Source: Takakia lepidozioides (taxonomy: Eukaryota > Plantae > Bryophyta). Taken from it: a stretch of 64,000 nt of DNA. Under the pieces are notes generated by a model. It searched no databases. It was not told the origin of the DNA and was given only the letters and a program-made list of their open reading frames with translations. Both the position numbers and the translations under genes were made by a program. Shown in pieces: positions 50,391-63,931 of this stretch; position 1 is the stretch's first letter, and every line of letters starts with the position of its first letter. The stretch is from NCBI GenBank assembly GCA_030704615.1, contig CM060732.1, forward strand, positions 14,260,001 to 14,324,000, given 5' to 3'.

Positions 50391-51179
50391 GCGATGAGTT
50401 GGAGCTATCGATGATACTACCAGCGTGCCGGGCTCGTCGTCACTCTGTCATTGACAAAAATCGTGAAAACCAACATCAGTGCAAAAACCAGCATCGCAAC
50501 CACCATAGCAACAATCGTGTAGCAAAAATGAAAACATAACAAGTTTAGGAAGTATGGAGAGCCATGCAACAACAATGAAAACAAATGCAACCATTGCCTG
50601 AGAATGACATGCACAAGCAGCCTTCTCCAGAGCTGCCGGATTTGCACACGCATTGCAAACAATCTAAGGTTCACTCAACTATCTAAAGTTCACTCATCCA
50701 GCGAAGCCAGGATGAAGATGCAAAAACAAAGCGAGGTAACAAAGCGAAAGCAAAAAAGAAATCGAACAAACCGAAAGCAGAAGTGGCTTGCCTGAGAGTA
50801 CTCGACTTCAGTTGGCGCGGGTTGTGAGCAAGACACTGGAATCTCCTGCTGGAGCTTCAGTTTGGCCATGCGAGAGATTGGCCGTCGTCCGTAGTACAGA
50901 GCTTTCAACTTCCGCCGCGGTCTGGATGTGAGGTCTCTCTCAGGAGAGCCACGCCCTTCAGGCGGCATAAGTCCCAGCCAAAAATATCTCATTTTTTTGG
51001 GTACATGCCTCGAATAGCATGTTAAGCCAACATTAGCATGAGATTTAGGGTACGTATCCAGGAAGCCATGCGTCGCCAGCCCGATGGAAAACCGACGGCG
51101 GTCGACATTTATTGCCCAACTGCGCAATTAAATGTCGGATGAAGACCTCCATGTCGGATGAAAATCGACGTAAAGAGGC

Positions 51180-53060
51180 CCGGAATTTCCAACGTAGAGG
51201 TAATTCGGAGCGTTGCACGATGGAATTCCGGCGCCGGATTTCCATCCTGCAGGTAATTCGGAGCGCAGCAGGATGGAAATTCAGCGCCGAATTTCCATCC
51301 AGCAAGGTAGGGCGGCGCTGGAAATTTCCCTCAAGCAGGTAATTCAGAAGCGGATGGATGGAAATCCGGCGCCGGATTTCCATCCGCGCAAGTAGGGCGG
51401 CGCGCCAAATTCCCCTCACGCAAGTAATTCAGAAGCGGATGGATGGAAATCCGGCGCCGGATTTCCATCCGCAAGGTTGGGCGGAGAGCGGATGGATGGA
51501 GATCCGGCGCCGAATTTCCATCCTGCATGTAATTCGAATCCCGGATGGATGGAAATCCGGCGCCGCATTTCCATCCAGCAGGTAAGTGGAATCCCGGATG
51601 GATGGAAATTCGGCGCCGGATTTCCGTCCAGCAGGTAAGTGGAATCCCGGATGGATGGAAATTCGGCGCCGAATTTCCATCCTGCGGGTAATTCTGATCT
51701 CAGAATTACCTTCCTGCAGGTAATTCTGATCGATGTATTACCTTCCTGCAGGTAATTCTCATCTCGGAATTACCTTCCTGCAGGTAATTCTGAGCGAGGA
51801 ATTACCTTCCTACCTTCATCGATAAGAATTACCTGCAGGAAGGTAATTCTCAGCGATGAAATACCTGGCGAATGGAATTTCGGCGCCGAATATCCATACG
51901 CCAGCGATCCGACTTACTTGCTGGATGGAAATTCGGCGCCGAATTTCCATCCATCCGGATTCGAATTACCTGCAGGATGGAAATGCGGCGCCGGATTTCG
52001 ATCCATCCGGGATTTCACTTACCTGCTGGATGGAAATCCATCCGGGATTCGAATTACCTGCAGGATGGAAATGCGGCGCCGGATTTCGATCCATCCGGGA
52101 TTTCACTTACCTGCTGGATGGAAATTCGGCGCCGAATTTCCATCCATCCGGGATTCCACTTACCTGCTGGATGGAAATTCGGCGCCGAATTTCCATCCAT
52201 CCGGGATTCGAATTACCTGCAGGATGGAAATGCGGCGCCGGATTTCGATCCATCCGGGATTTCACTTACCTGCTGGATGGAAATTCGGCGCCGAATTTCC
52301 ATCCATCCGGAATTCGAATTACCTGCAGGATGGAAATGCGGCGCCGGATTTCGATCCATCCGGGATTTCACTTACCTGCTGGATGGAAATTCGGCGCCGA
52401 ATTTCCATCCGGGGGATGGTCTCTGTCGGAGAGGTGCCGGCCTCTCCGCCGCTCTGTTGGATATTCGGTGCCGAATTTCCGTCCGACGGTTGAAATATGA
52501 CGGCCAGTTGCCGACCTCTCCCCCCTCCCCGACTGCATTGGAACGGCCCCGGATTGAAATTCGGTGCCGTTTTCCCATTTGGGGAGGTTTTTATGTCGGC
52601 CAGTTTTCGGTCTGACCCCCCGACAAGACTTCCTTTGGGGGGGCACGGATGGAAATTCGGCGCCGAATCTCCATCCAGGGGATGCTCTCTGTCGAACACG
52701 TGCCGACCTCTACGCCCGAGGCGACTTCATCCGGGCGTCCCCTGTTCGATATTCGGTGCCGAATTTCCGTCCGGGGGTTGAAATGTGACGGCCAAGTGGC
52801 GGCCTCTCCCCCCTCCCCGACTGCATCTGAACCGCCCCGGATGGAAATTCGGCGCCGTTTTTCCATCTGGGGATGTTTTTATGCCGGCCAGTTTTCGGCC
52901 TGACCCCCCGACACGACTTCCTTTGGGGGGCCCGGATGGAAATTCGGCGCCGAATCTCCATCCAGGGGATGTTCTCTGTCGCACACGCGCCGACCTCTGC
53001 GCCCGAGGCGACTTCATCCTGGCTTCCCCTGTTGGATATTGGGTGCCGAATTTCCATTCG
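51180..53060. repeat. Palindrome arrays between the divergent genes (~53-bp units and ~270-290-bp higher-order units)
   Basis: Dozens of GGATGGAAATTCGGCGCCGAATTTCCATCC variants, arranged as inverted arms around GAATTACC(TTCC)TGCAGGTAATTC units at about 51700-51850. Confidence 0.92.
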
Positions 53061-53439
53061 GGGGTAGTAATGTGACGGCACGGTGCCGGCTTCTCCCCTT
53101 CAGCCGTCATCATCCGGACGGCCCCCCACTTTCTGACTGCATACCGTTGGCAGTTATTGCGCAAAGACCAGGGGCCGCATTCCGGAGACAAGGTTCATTA
53201 ACACTCTGACTATGGATTTTTGAGATAGTTGGCTCCCTGGATTTGGATCAGGCTTCGTCGCTCGGACAAATCGGCATCGCATTCATTCCCATTGCTGCAT
53301 CCCCCTTCTACCAGGGAGCTTCCCCGCACGCCATCCTGGCAGTCTTGTGTGCACATCTCCCATGGCGGAAAACCCGAGCGTACTGCCCTCCTCACGAGCA
53401 TAGAGCTTCATTTCCGTGCAGAGGGGACACCTGCCGGGT

Positions 53440-56400
53440 GATGGAGAAATATCTGTGCGTTCGATACCACCTGAAACCGGGGTCGGTTTTTTTGGAGGAG
53501 GAAAGGAAGGACTCTAACGGCCTTGTTGTCGAGAGTATTGTTGTGCTCCACGATGATTTCGGCGATGGCAGGGAATGGCGAGTTCCACCATCGGACAACG
53601 TCATATACAGGGCTGTTGGGGACTTCATTTGCCCGCCAAATGCACCTTCTATCCTGGCGCCTTCCACGAAACAATCCGCGAATCAGAGAGTGGCTACCTC
53701 AAAGAGAGAAGTCCGCAACGAAGTAAATCCAGAGCCGAACCCATCCATGAAGACGAGCAAGAACCGGGTTGTTCACAACCTGTCCGACTCAGACAAGGTC
53801 ATGGAAGTTCCGAGGTCGTCCTGGAGATCAGGCAAGTCCTCAATGGACGTCAGTGGAGGAGGGAGTCATATTCCCAGCACGAGCACCGCAGTTCGATCTA
53901 TTCTTGAAATTTTGCGAGGGCTTCACCTGGAGGGACACCGGTCGGAGCTGGCCGGGCTGGACTACAGCAAGTTCGCAATTAAATCGGTTACATGCCTTCC
54001 CGCCGACGTCGACGGTAATATCTTCTTTGAGTTCCCTCCTCGGGCGGACTACTCGAGGGCGTCGGAATGTTGACAGATATGGATAGAAAACATGACGGTC
54101 ATCCTTGGTGCGTTACCAAAACCACCAGCATGAAGATGCTCGATGGTGTGCGGGTGCACTATGTTGTTTGTGCGGGCGCGTTGCGGTGTTTCTCCCCAAC
54201 TTGCTTCCACTTTAAATCCAGAGGTCACAGGAACGAGACCGATTGGACAGGCACAGCTCATCAACCATTTCGAGCTCAGGAGAAGGTTCCGAACTCCACA
54301 TTTAAGTGTGCGCATTGCAAAGAACCACCACACTGCATGTCTGTTTGTAATGCCAAGCAGTTCTATGTGTTGCACCGTTTCCCTGACCTCACCCGAGCTT
54401 GCATACACGTTGGTTCCCATTGTCACAAATTGGCGAGGGGGAACTCGCGGGAGGCTGCCCACGAAGCAGAGCAGCTCGTTCAGGAGGAGGTTAAGTTGAG
54501 ACCGGGTGCCAAACCCAAACAGATACAGCTCCAAGCCGCCCATAAGATGGCATTGGCCAGAATTATGTCGGAAGACGGCTCCGATAGAGTTCCTCTCGAC
54601 GAGAAGGAAATGGAGGCATTGCTGGAGTCGGTGTCCCACGTATGTTCACCGAATGTCCGAAACCACATTGTCTCATGCAAACAGAAAATTGGGCGTGGCT
54701 CGGATATGCACTCCATTCTGGAGGTGAAGCGACGATGTGGATATGACTACATTCATGGAAGTAGGTTTCCAGGACAAGGGACTGAGGCAGATCGTTGTTT
54801 CGTATTCAAAATGTCCACGTGTGGACCTGGCAGCGGCGTCGAACTGGTCGACAGGATGACGAGTGGGAACTTGTCAAACAGTTGGGTCATGTTCGACCAT
54901 ATCAAGCGAATTACAAATCACCAGTGGGTGACAATGGGTGCACATGTCTACGACACCCACTGCAGGATGCTAATGACAATTGCTATTTGTGAGATGAAAG
55001 GAGAGGACACACAATCGGAGATGCTTCTTTGGCAGGGAATAAACGAACAGATGGCCAAGGCGGGATTGCCCCCTCCGAATTTCCGTGGTTTCATGGCGGA
55101 CAACGCACAAGCAAATTGGGCTGCCATCCGAAGGGTGTATGGGCAAGACCCCAATGTTCCCATGGAAGGCAAGGAGAGATCTTGTGGGTTCCATTTTCTG
55201 CAGAGCCTTTCGCAGTACACAACCAGGCTCGTGGCGCCAGATTTCAGAGAGGAGCACCGTTCCATGTGCCTTGCGTGGAAGCGCGCTCCCACCTTGGATG
55301 ATGCAGAGACACAGTTTGCATGCATACGGGCTTGGTGGACATCGTCAGGTGCTGTAAGGAAATCAGACGAGGGAGCAATGGTCAGTTGGCTAGCATGGTG
55401 GCATTATCGTTTCCTCCAGTTCGGCGACTATATGCGGGAGGTGAGTTGCACGAATTCGCGTCCCGTTGAATATTATTCTTGGCCATATTTGTAACTTGCT
55501 TGTAACCTGAACATGTGCTTGTGCAGGAAATGTGTCTCGACTCCGACACCGACATGCCCACGACAAACATGGCCGAATCAGTGCACTCTTCCTGGCGTGC
55601 CTCCTCTGCAGCGCATCTGGTGGACATCCTCACTGCCACAACGGAGGACATTGTGAGGTCAATTATGCAGCAATGCAGGTACAACGAGTTCTTGAAAGGG
55701 AAACAGTGGGGCTTGGGGCGGGACAGGCAGGAAATGCTGATGCGGACTGCCTCTAGATCGAAGAATCCTCGGAAGTGGGCGGCGGCCTTGCGAGAGGGCC
55801 TTCGGGACACGCCATTGCTGCGAAGAGGCCAACATTTGGAAGGAGATGTTCATACCCGTCCGGTGAGACGAAGACTTGACGAGGCACCTGGCGGAGAAGA
55901 GGATTCATGGCGAGCTGACAAGAATATTCGCACGCTCCCTCGTGGTCCGGTGATGTTGCCCGAGGAGGTCTCGTCGAGCACCGCAAGTCCTGCACGTTCA
56001 AGATCGCCATCTCCTTTGAGCACAGGGCGCGTGCCCCGGCAACATAATGAGCCATCTGTAGTAAAGCAGTACAACATTCCTATTGTGGAGGCAAGAGTGT
56101 CGGAGTCACAGTGGAGAATTGCAAGGACATTGCCGGCATTTCGAGGGAAGTGTTGCGCCATCCGGGTGGATACGAGAGCACGCTGTGGTGAGATGATTCG
56201 GAGGATCCCACACGGTGCTATACCTGCACCTTGTTTCAGCGGCAGATTTTTGACTCCCACATTTGCTCACGCCACAACTCAGACATTTTGGTTGTGTAGG
56301 CACGACATAATGACCTGTGTATTTGGCAAGCCCAAGTACGGGATTCAGCGAATGCCGGAGCCTCCGGGCGTCTGGCCTGTTGCACCGGGTTGCAGCCTCT

Positions 56401-56945
56401 CTCAGAATGAGGCGGATGCTCTATCTGCAGCAGGATTTCGAATGGTGCAACGCACAGACATCCCGGCCCATGCATTTCCGGTTCCTCAGACCCAGCCATT
56501 GCAGACTGCTCGGTCCAGTAGAGACGGATTGGACAATTTTGCACATCCCACAATGCAATTCGGAAGAGTGAAGAGACGACACCCTCCCAACAAGTTGAAT
56601 GAGACTCGGATTGCCAATGCTCTTGGGATGACTTGCACTATTCAGAGCTCCGTGGACGTACCCCCACCCGGCCTTGGGCGTGTGTATCGGATGGCAACGG
56701 CCGGCTCGGCTGTACGCGACGATGTATACACAATTACGATTGGAGTAGAACCGACTTGCAATTGTACGGACTTCTCGTTGATGGAAGCAAAGAAGGGTTC
56801 GAAGTATTATCCGTGCAAGCATCTGTATTACATTTACCTGAAGAGGTTGAGGATGAACGTGACTATTGATGACTTTATTCATGCACCGGCGTTGAGCGTG
56901 AACGAGCTGCACAAACTCCTCCTTAGGGATTCCAGAAATCATTGA
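53440..56945 (+). CDS. MULE transposase with GCM/WRKY-like zinc region, DDE core and SWIM finger (intron 55441-55526; 1-bp frameshift at about 54060)
   Basis: CAGALRC...CAHC...HVGSHCH; VMFDHIKR; FMADNA; CGFH; TNMAESVH; PTCNCTDF...PCKHLYY. GAG|GTGAGT donor and GCAG|GAA acceptor. Confidence 0.92.
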
Positions 56946-57099
56946 TGGGGCAAAGGGAATCCTCCATATGGATATTTTCAAATGCATTTTGCTGTATCAG
57001 ACTTTTTTTTGCAGTGTAATGAAATGCACCCCAAAACTCCTGGAATGAGGCAATATTCCATTCAAACTGAGATCCAACAGAAGCAGTTGTGGGCCATTT

Positions 57100-57610
57100 C
57101 TGGAAAAATGGCGCCGAATTTCTTTTTTTGGGGCCGAAAACTGGCTAAGTCCCAACATGCACTGGTACCTGTGTCTGGGAAAATGGCGCCGAATTTCTCT
57201 TTTTGGGGCCGAAAACTGGCTAAGCCCCAACATGCACTGGTACCTGTGTCTGGGAAAATGGCGCCGAATTTCTCTTTTTGGGGCCGAAAACTGGCTAAGC
57301 CCCAACATGCACTGGTACCGTGTCTGGAAAAATGGCGCCGAATTTCTCTTTTTTGGGCCGAAAACTGGCTAAGTCCCAACATGCACTGGTACAGTGTCTG
57401 GAAAATGGCGCCGAATTTCCCTATTTTGCGCCGAAAACTGGCTAAGTCCGAACATGCACTGGAAAAATGGCGCCGAATTACCTGTCATGAGGGGACCTAT
57501 AGCCGCGGAATTCGGCACCATTTTTCGCCAGAGAGACCTATTACCGCGAAATACGTCGCCGTTTTTTCAGGTTACGGACCCTATTACCGCGAAATTCGGC
57601 GCCATATTTG
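57100..57610. repeat. ~74-75-bp subterminal tandem repeats with GGCGCC core
   Basis: TGGCGCCGAATT at 57109, 57184, 57259, 57333, 57406 and 57468. Confidence 0.9.
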
Positions 57611-57851
57611 CACATGTCGCTGGGAATTGGCATGAGCGGAAGACGAAATATCATGAGCACAACTGTCAAAACTGCAATTTTCCCTTCAAGGGGCCGAATA
57701 ATATATTTGTTTTTCCTGACACACTGCATTAAATTATTATTTTTTATTGTTTTTTATTTTCGAAATTTGTACTTCTGCTCATGAAAACCGATTGTCTTAC
57801 TACTCTGCTCATGCCGCTCATGCCGCTCATGCTCATGAAATAGCAAACCTC

Positions 57852-60800
57852 GTTGCAAGGAGACTGTTGCAATGATTCCACAGGATTTCAAGCCTTGACC
57901 GATACTGAAAGAAATGTTGATTGTCAAAGAGACCACAATGCACTTGCGCGGATCAGTGCTTGACCCCCGCACTTTGGAATTAGACGAAGTGCGCGCACGG
58001 TATGGTGTCCATTGTGGTGGCCCGTCAATGGAGGATTTGCAAGTGCAGGGAACGCCGGACGCTCCCAGAAAACGTAAATTGAGTGATGGGGCCCAAAAAA
58101 AGGAGAGGCAAAAAAAGAAGAAGGCCGCAAGGTCTGCTCGCGAGGTAAGGGCAAAATCCACACAACAGACTGAACCCCGTCCTGGGCGGCAGACCCACAC
58201 CATCAGCACTGATACTGAAAGTGAATCTACTCAGGGCCTAGAAGGGGTGACAAGTCCAGTGGACATTGACTTGCCTGACCAGACTCGGCAGCAGACTCAC
58301 ACAAATATCGCGACCCATGCCATCGGTTTAGGGTCAAAACCAAAAACTCAATAGAGCACTGAAGGGCCAGTCTGCCCTGGCACATTGCGCCTCGTTGACT
58401 TTGGGCTTTTCCCACCAGAGTGCCCACCAATTGGGGATCCAGACTTCTTCCGTTATTTCTACAGAGTTGCCCAGTCAGGTCTGCTACGCACATTCATCCG
58501 ACAGGCGGAACAGAAGTGGTTGAACAGCTTTGAAGATGAAGATGACGATGATGAAGTAGAGGAGGTAATGGTCAGTCTGACCGCCCAGTCTGTTCTCTGT
58601 GCTGTTTGAGTCCATCATCGGGGTCACGTTGCCTATTCAGTCTGGTCAGTCCGCTGCGTTCTCTCCTCAGTCCGCTGGCTCACTCCGCTCGTCAGTTAGT
58701 CTGTTTTATATCGCTGCATTATTTACTGAGTCCGTTTGTCAGTCCGCTGGTCCAGTCCACTGGTATAGTCTACTGGTATAGTCTACTAGTTGCCTCCACC
58801 CTATGTACGCACGTTACAGTCTGCTAGTCTGTGAGTCCAGTCCGCTGCATGAGGTGAATATAGAGTCCACGTCCATGTTCCTGACGTCCAAGTTCTCTGT
58901 TGTGTACCAGGATGAACGTGTTTCTATTCGTAGGGCCATTCAGGCTTGGCGGATACCTAGCAATGATGCTCCTTTACAAGCGACTGCAGTGCATGCGGAA
59001 GTGGACCACGTGCGAGAGTACATATTATTGAAGTATCCTGGGTCATTTGCTGCTATAGCGGTATTACATATTCAAGACGCGTTGGGGGGGAATGCGTCTG
59101 AGACAGCCGAGTCTGCCATCCAGCAGACTCCCATTTAGTAGGCCGTCATCCAGTAGACTTCCGTTCAGCAGCCTGTCATCCAGCAGACTCCAACGGAGCA
59201 GACTCCCAACGAGCAGCCTGTCATCCTGCAGACTCCTCTCCAGGAGCCCATCATGCAGCCCATGCCAATGGGAAGTCCTGTCATCCAACAGACTGCGGAC
59301 CAGCAGACTGCCTTTCTCTCACATAGCACGGCGCTTTTAGCAGTTTGGCGATCGCCATCACCGGTAATTCGACCCGGAGCTAAAGACCTCACACTTCCCC
59401 GGCTTAGGGTGGGAGAAATTAATCCCCATTTGGATTGGCATAATGAGCTCCACCGGATTGTTGCAGACCGCCGGTGGTCATTTGTACCCTTTCATTATTC
59501 CATGGAGTTTTCTATTGAGAAAGCCAACCATGTTCTAGAAGCCGCCTCTGCTGTTGCCATTGAAGCCACAAACGACCAAAATGCGTCGCCTCTACTTGTG
59601 CAGCTGATTCTCATGGATGACCCACGGCCTGAAGACCTCAGACATATGCCTATGGCACATCCAACCTTTGGGTGCGAAGAAAGCACTTGTTCGGACTGAC
59701 TGAGGAGGACTTTGAGCGCATGGCAGCTTCCTTCCTACAACACAGATGGATGCAATTTGGCAATTTCCGCTCATACAACAAGTTGATGAAGGATCTGCAT
59801 AGTTTGAGGATGGACTTACTCCATGGAACAGACCATTCACAGAAGTTTGTGGTGGATCACGCATTGCACTGGTTTGCATTGGTGATGGAGCGAGCAGTAT
59901 TCGACATTGTTTTGCAGAATCCCAATGTCTTCAAAGTCCTGTGGTGTGGGATCTCAACTGAAGACCGCATCGGCGCCATTGCTCATCTCGATGGAGCATG
60001 GCTGTGCCGGCAAATCAAGGACATTGGCCTCATTGGAAATCTCTTGGAACCAGACTGCCCCTCAGCAAACTGTACAGCAGACCGTGCAGCAGACCGACGA
60101 ATCCAGCCAGCAGATTGCCCCTCAGCAGACTGTGCAGCACACTGGCGAACCCACTCAGTAGATGGCCGAGCAGACTATCCAGGAGACTAACAGCCAGTCT
60201 GTTTCCTGGATTGTGCAACAGACTCGGATGCACTGGCCTCACCGGGACCCTGTGGACGAATTTCTGCTGAGTTCCAACAACATGTTTTTGGATCTGCCAG
60301 TATGAGTGTTTTGACCGAGTCCACTTTTCCCCCAGGCACATTCACTGACGACATCATCAGGTCACCGGTAAAGCATTCTTATCCAGCTCCCCGTGGCCTG
60401 CCTTCTATGACCTTCCAGCTTAGTCCCGTTTTCGTGCGCTCAGTGGCGAAAGCCATAGATGAGTCTTACGTGATGACCGAACTCAATTTGGGAACACAAA
60501 ACTGTATCATAGATCTTACAGAAGAGTCTAAGGAAGCAATTGCCGGTGGGTCTTCCATACATGTTCTTGATGTTTCCCAAGTCCATGGAGATCCGAACAC
60601 CCAGCCGGCTGTCCACCAGACTGACCAGCACACTGAACAGTGGACACATGGAAGGACTGCCGAGCAACCTGTGGCGGGGCAGCATACTGTCTTCATTGAT
60701 GAGCAGACTGAACTGCAGACTAACCAGCAGACTGCACAGGTCACAGATGGAAGGACTGACCAGGATGGCTCGGAGCGGCAGACTGCACAGCTCAGCTCTG

Positions 60801-61990
60801 ACTGCACAGTTCAGATTGCACGGCCTGACCAGCACACTGCACACTTCACAGAGGGAAGGACTGACGACTAACCTGCCACCGAGCACATTGCCCACATTGA
60901 GGAAGAGACTGAACCGTAGAGTTGCCAGCAGACTGCACAGTTCATAGACGAAAGGACTGACGAAGAACCGGCGGCCGAGCAGACTGCCCACATTGAGCAA
61001 CAGACTGAACATGCTGGCAGACACACTGACAAGGAACCACATGTGGCGCAGACACTGTCTGGTATAGCGCTGGATTACATGGAGTTTGTTCCCTCACCCC
61101 TTGGGCAGGTTGTGTCATTTCCTCTTTCAGCACTGTTGTTTATGTTTTAGCACATTGTGAAATTGGGCTAATTCGACATTTTGCTCGGTATCCTCACAGG
61201 ATGTTCGTCCCTCCGTCGGCAGACTGTCTACTTCTGAGGATATGACATCTTCCGCCCATGCTGCAAACGTGGGATCGACAACCAAGAAAGGTGTGGGGGT
61301 GAGCACGCCCCCCGATGCGCGGGTCAGTTCTACGCATGCAACCCACGAAGCTGCAAAGACAGGTCCAGCAAGTGTAAACAAACCTGCTGACCAGCCTTTG
61401 TTGCGAAGTAGGGCAGCAGCACTGCGTTTGTCTGCTCTATCCAGCCCTCCTACAGCTGTCTCTGCTTCCCAGGGGAGAGGCAAAGCCAAGAAGCGGACTG
61501 TCGTGGACCATGCTGAGGAGGTTGAGGAGGGTCCAAGTACCAAGAGACCGGCGAAGAAAAAGTCTGGCGTCTTTATGAACAAGAACCGCAAGCTGGCCTT
61601 GGACATGGACAAAGATGTGGGTCGTTTCCTGGAGCAGCACAGGTGAGTACTATGCTCAGTCTCCTCGTCTGTCTTTGTCGTTAAGTGCTTTGCGCTCTGT
61701 TGTGGTCAGTCTACACGCTGGTCAGTCTGCTGCTGGTTTCATCATTGTCTGTTGTGGTTAGTCTTGTCAGTCTGATGAATTGTTCAGCCTGTAGAGTGTT
61801 TGGTACCATGTTGACGTCAGTCTGTTCAGTACATGAGGCTTCCCGAAGGATGGTCTGCTCTGTGCAGGATGGGTGCTCAGTTTGGCAAAGCACATGCTCT
61901 GCACGTGAAGGCGGGTAATTCCATGCTGATGTTTTTTGAAGGGGACCCACGGTTTGAATGTGAACTGTCGCCGGATGACATAAAGGCGCT
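57852..61990 (+). pseudogene. Unknown multi-exon gene of the host element (begins about 44051-44306, before the insertion), degenerate
   Basis: The reading frame continues across the TSD. It contains a CPFC...HC...C zinc-finger-like motif, Q/T-rich repeats and splice-like sites. No recognisable family. Confidence 0.45.
59100..59312 (+). repeat. ~30-bp tandem repeats (CATCCAGCAGACT...) encoding Q-rich peptides
   Basis: Repeated CAGCAGACTCC / GTCATCC units. Confidence 0.7.
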
Positions 61991-61992
61991 CC

Positions 61993-63931
61993 ATGGTCTT
62001 CGACGAGTGGTTGAACGGTATACCAGTTGCCTATATCCTATCCGCGAGGAATCGGACAAGAGACCTGGTTCCGTGGATGAGAGCCTTGCGCGATTCACTC
62101 CTCACAGATTTGCCGAGCTGGCGACCCAATGCCTCATTGTGGACGATGCCGAAGCAGAAATCAACGCTATTCGGTAAGTCTGTTGGTCCACAGCACCGGT
62201 CCATTGTCGAGGTCCACTGCAGCAGTCCATTGCTACAGTCCACTGGCAGACTCCTGTGGCGAAACCCAACGGTAGTTCGCTGGGCAAATCCACTGGTAGT
62301 CCGTTGTCAAGTCCGGTCATCAGTCCCCTGGCAGTCCCCGGCAAGTCCGCTTGGCAGTCCGCTGCCAAGTCCACTTAGCAGTCCGTGAGGTCGGCCATCC
62401 GCTGCCAAGTCCACTCGGCAGTCCCTGGCAAGTCCGCTCGGCAGTCCGATGTGGCAGTCCAATGGGGCAGTCCGCTGCCCCAGTCCTAGCTAGGGGAAGT
62501 CCAATGGGGAAGTCCACTGGGTAGTCCAATGGGGTTATTCCAGCACATCAACGTCATGGCATTGTACTGTCCACTGGGCGAGTCCAGTGGCTCTGCCCGC
62601 TGATACAGGTCGCTGTTACAGTCCACTCCGGCAGTCCACCATTGCAGTCCGATCCCAAGACTCTAATGTGTACCATGTGTGTTGTGCAGAATTATTTTTG
62701 AAGGAGTACTCATTTTCCTCTGCCTTTGGCATGTCCGCAAGGCATGGGTGAAGCAATCATGCAAGAAAACGAAGGATCCGGTGACCGCTATAAACTTGTT
62801 GAAGGATATGGGAGACCTCATGTACTGTAGAGGGGGACCACGCAACGAGAAAAGAGCGCTTCGGTGGGTTGCAAGGAGAATCCGTCGTATGAGGTCAAAA
62901 TACCCGAAAGGACATGAATTTCTTGACTATATCGAACAGTACTGGAAGCCCAAAATAGCAATGTGGTGTACAGCAGCCTGCCATGTCCCTCATGCTAGCC
63001 AAGACACAAACGCAAGTATTGAGGCATACCATGGAAATCTGAAGGCAAGACTTGTCATGGGGAAAGGCAAGATGAGCGGTCGTAGAGTGGACTGGCTTAT
63101 ATGGGAACTCACTGGCCGTGTACTAACACACTATTGATACGCAATCCATTTGAAGACCCATGGGTTCATAAGAAATGACAAACACGAAAAGTACATATCC
63201 AGTTCTATATTTGCGGCACGAGACATTCCTGCTGAGAGTGTTACTCTTCCCTTGGGTCCTGGTGAACCAGCCTACGTTCTCAGCAGCAACCACCCCGGCA
63301 CAACATACATTGTTGCGATTGGGGTTGTTGCACGTGCCCATGGGCAATGAAGGGAAACTTATGCAAGCATCGGGTCCGTGTCCTGAAGATGCTTCACCCT
63401 GACCTGCAGGATGGCCTCTTTATGCGCGCTTGTGGCACGGCGCTAAGAACCATTCATGGAGGATTACCTAACTTGCTCTTGGGCAATGGTGCCAGTGGCA
63501 ACAACGAATCCAATCAATTCATGGAAAGACATCCTCCGGACAACTTCCCCTACGACGAGGCACCTTTGGAGGTCTCAGCCTCAATGGAACAAGAATTCGC
63601 GGACATACTTTGCATTGTAGGTGATGACAAATACTTGGAGGCACATGCCCGATGTGCTCTTCATATGTGCAGAGGGCAGCTCGTTGATATCCTGGCGAAA
63701 AGTGCGGCTAGAATGTTGCACCCTGCAGCAGCGAAGGCTTTCCGTCCTCTGAACGACAACAACAACATGTCTCTAAAAAGGAGACGAGATTTTGTGGAGG
63801 CCTGGAAAGCCCGGCCTAGGGTTTTGTGGAGAACCAGCAAGAGGGTGTCTGCACCTGCACCTGCAGCACATATATACTCGAAAATTTGCAAGGTTTCAGG
63901 TCGTGTAGATGTCACGAAGAAGACAATATAA
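61993..63931 (+). pseudogene. MULE/SWIM transposase, family E (5'-truncated, frameshifted; intron about 62174-62689)
   Basis: FDEWLNGIPVAYI...WRPNA..VDDAEAEINAIR|IIF...LCLWHVRKAW...DTNASIEAYHGNLK...RRVDWLI and CTCPWAMKGNLCKH (SWIM). Confidence 0.85.
62190..62655. repeat. Intronic CAGTCC/AAGTCC-rich degenerate repeat
   Basis: Dozens of AGTCC motifs spaced about 12-13 bp apart. Confidence 0.75.

Larger units (their letters stand above)
44307..57851 (+). mobile_element. Complete 13.5-kb MULE family A element with cargo gene
   Basis: Left TIR GGGGGCTGCTATTTCATGAGC, right TIR GCTCATGAAATAGCAAACCTC, and TSD GTTGCAAG(G) at 44299 and 57852. Removing it restores the host reading frame HCVDTGCK|ETVAMIPQ. 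Confidence 0.95.

Noticed and set aside
51856-52615. Long ORFs with MEIRRRISI/GNSAPNFHP repeats (also 12320-13600, 56982-57635)
   Set aside because: Translations of the palindromic tandem arrays, open in several frames on both strands.
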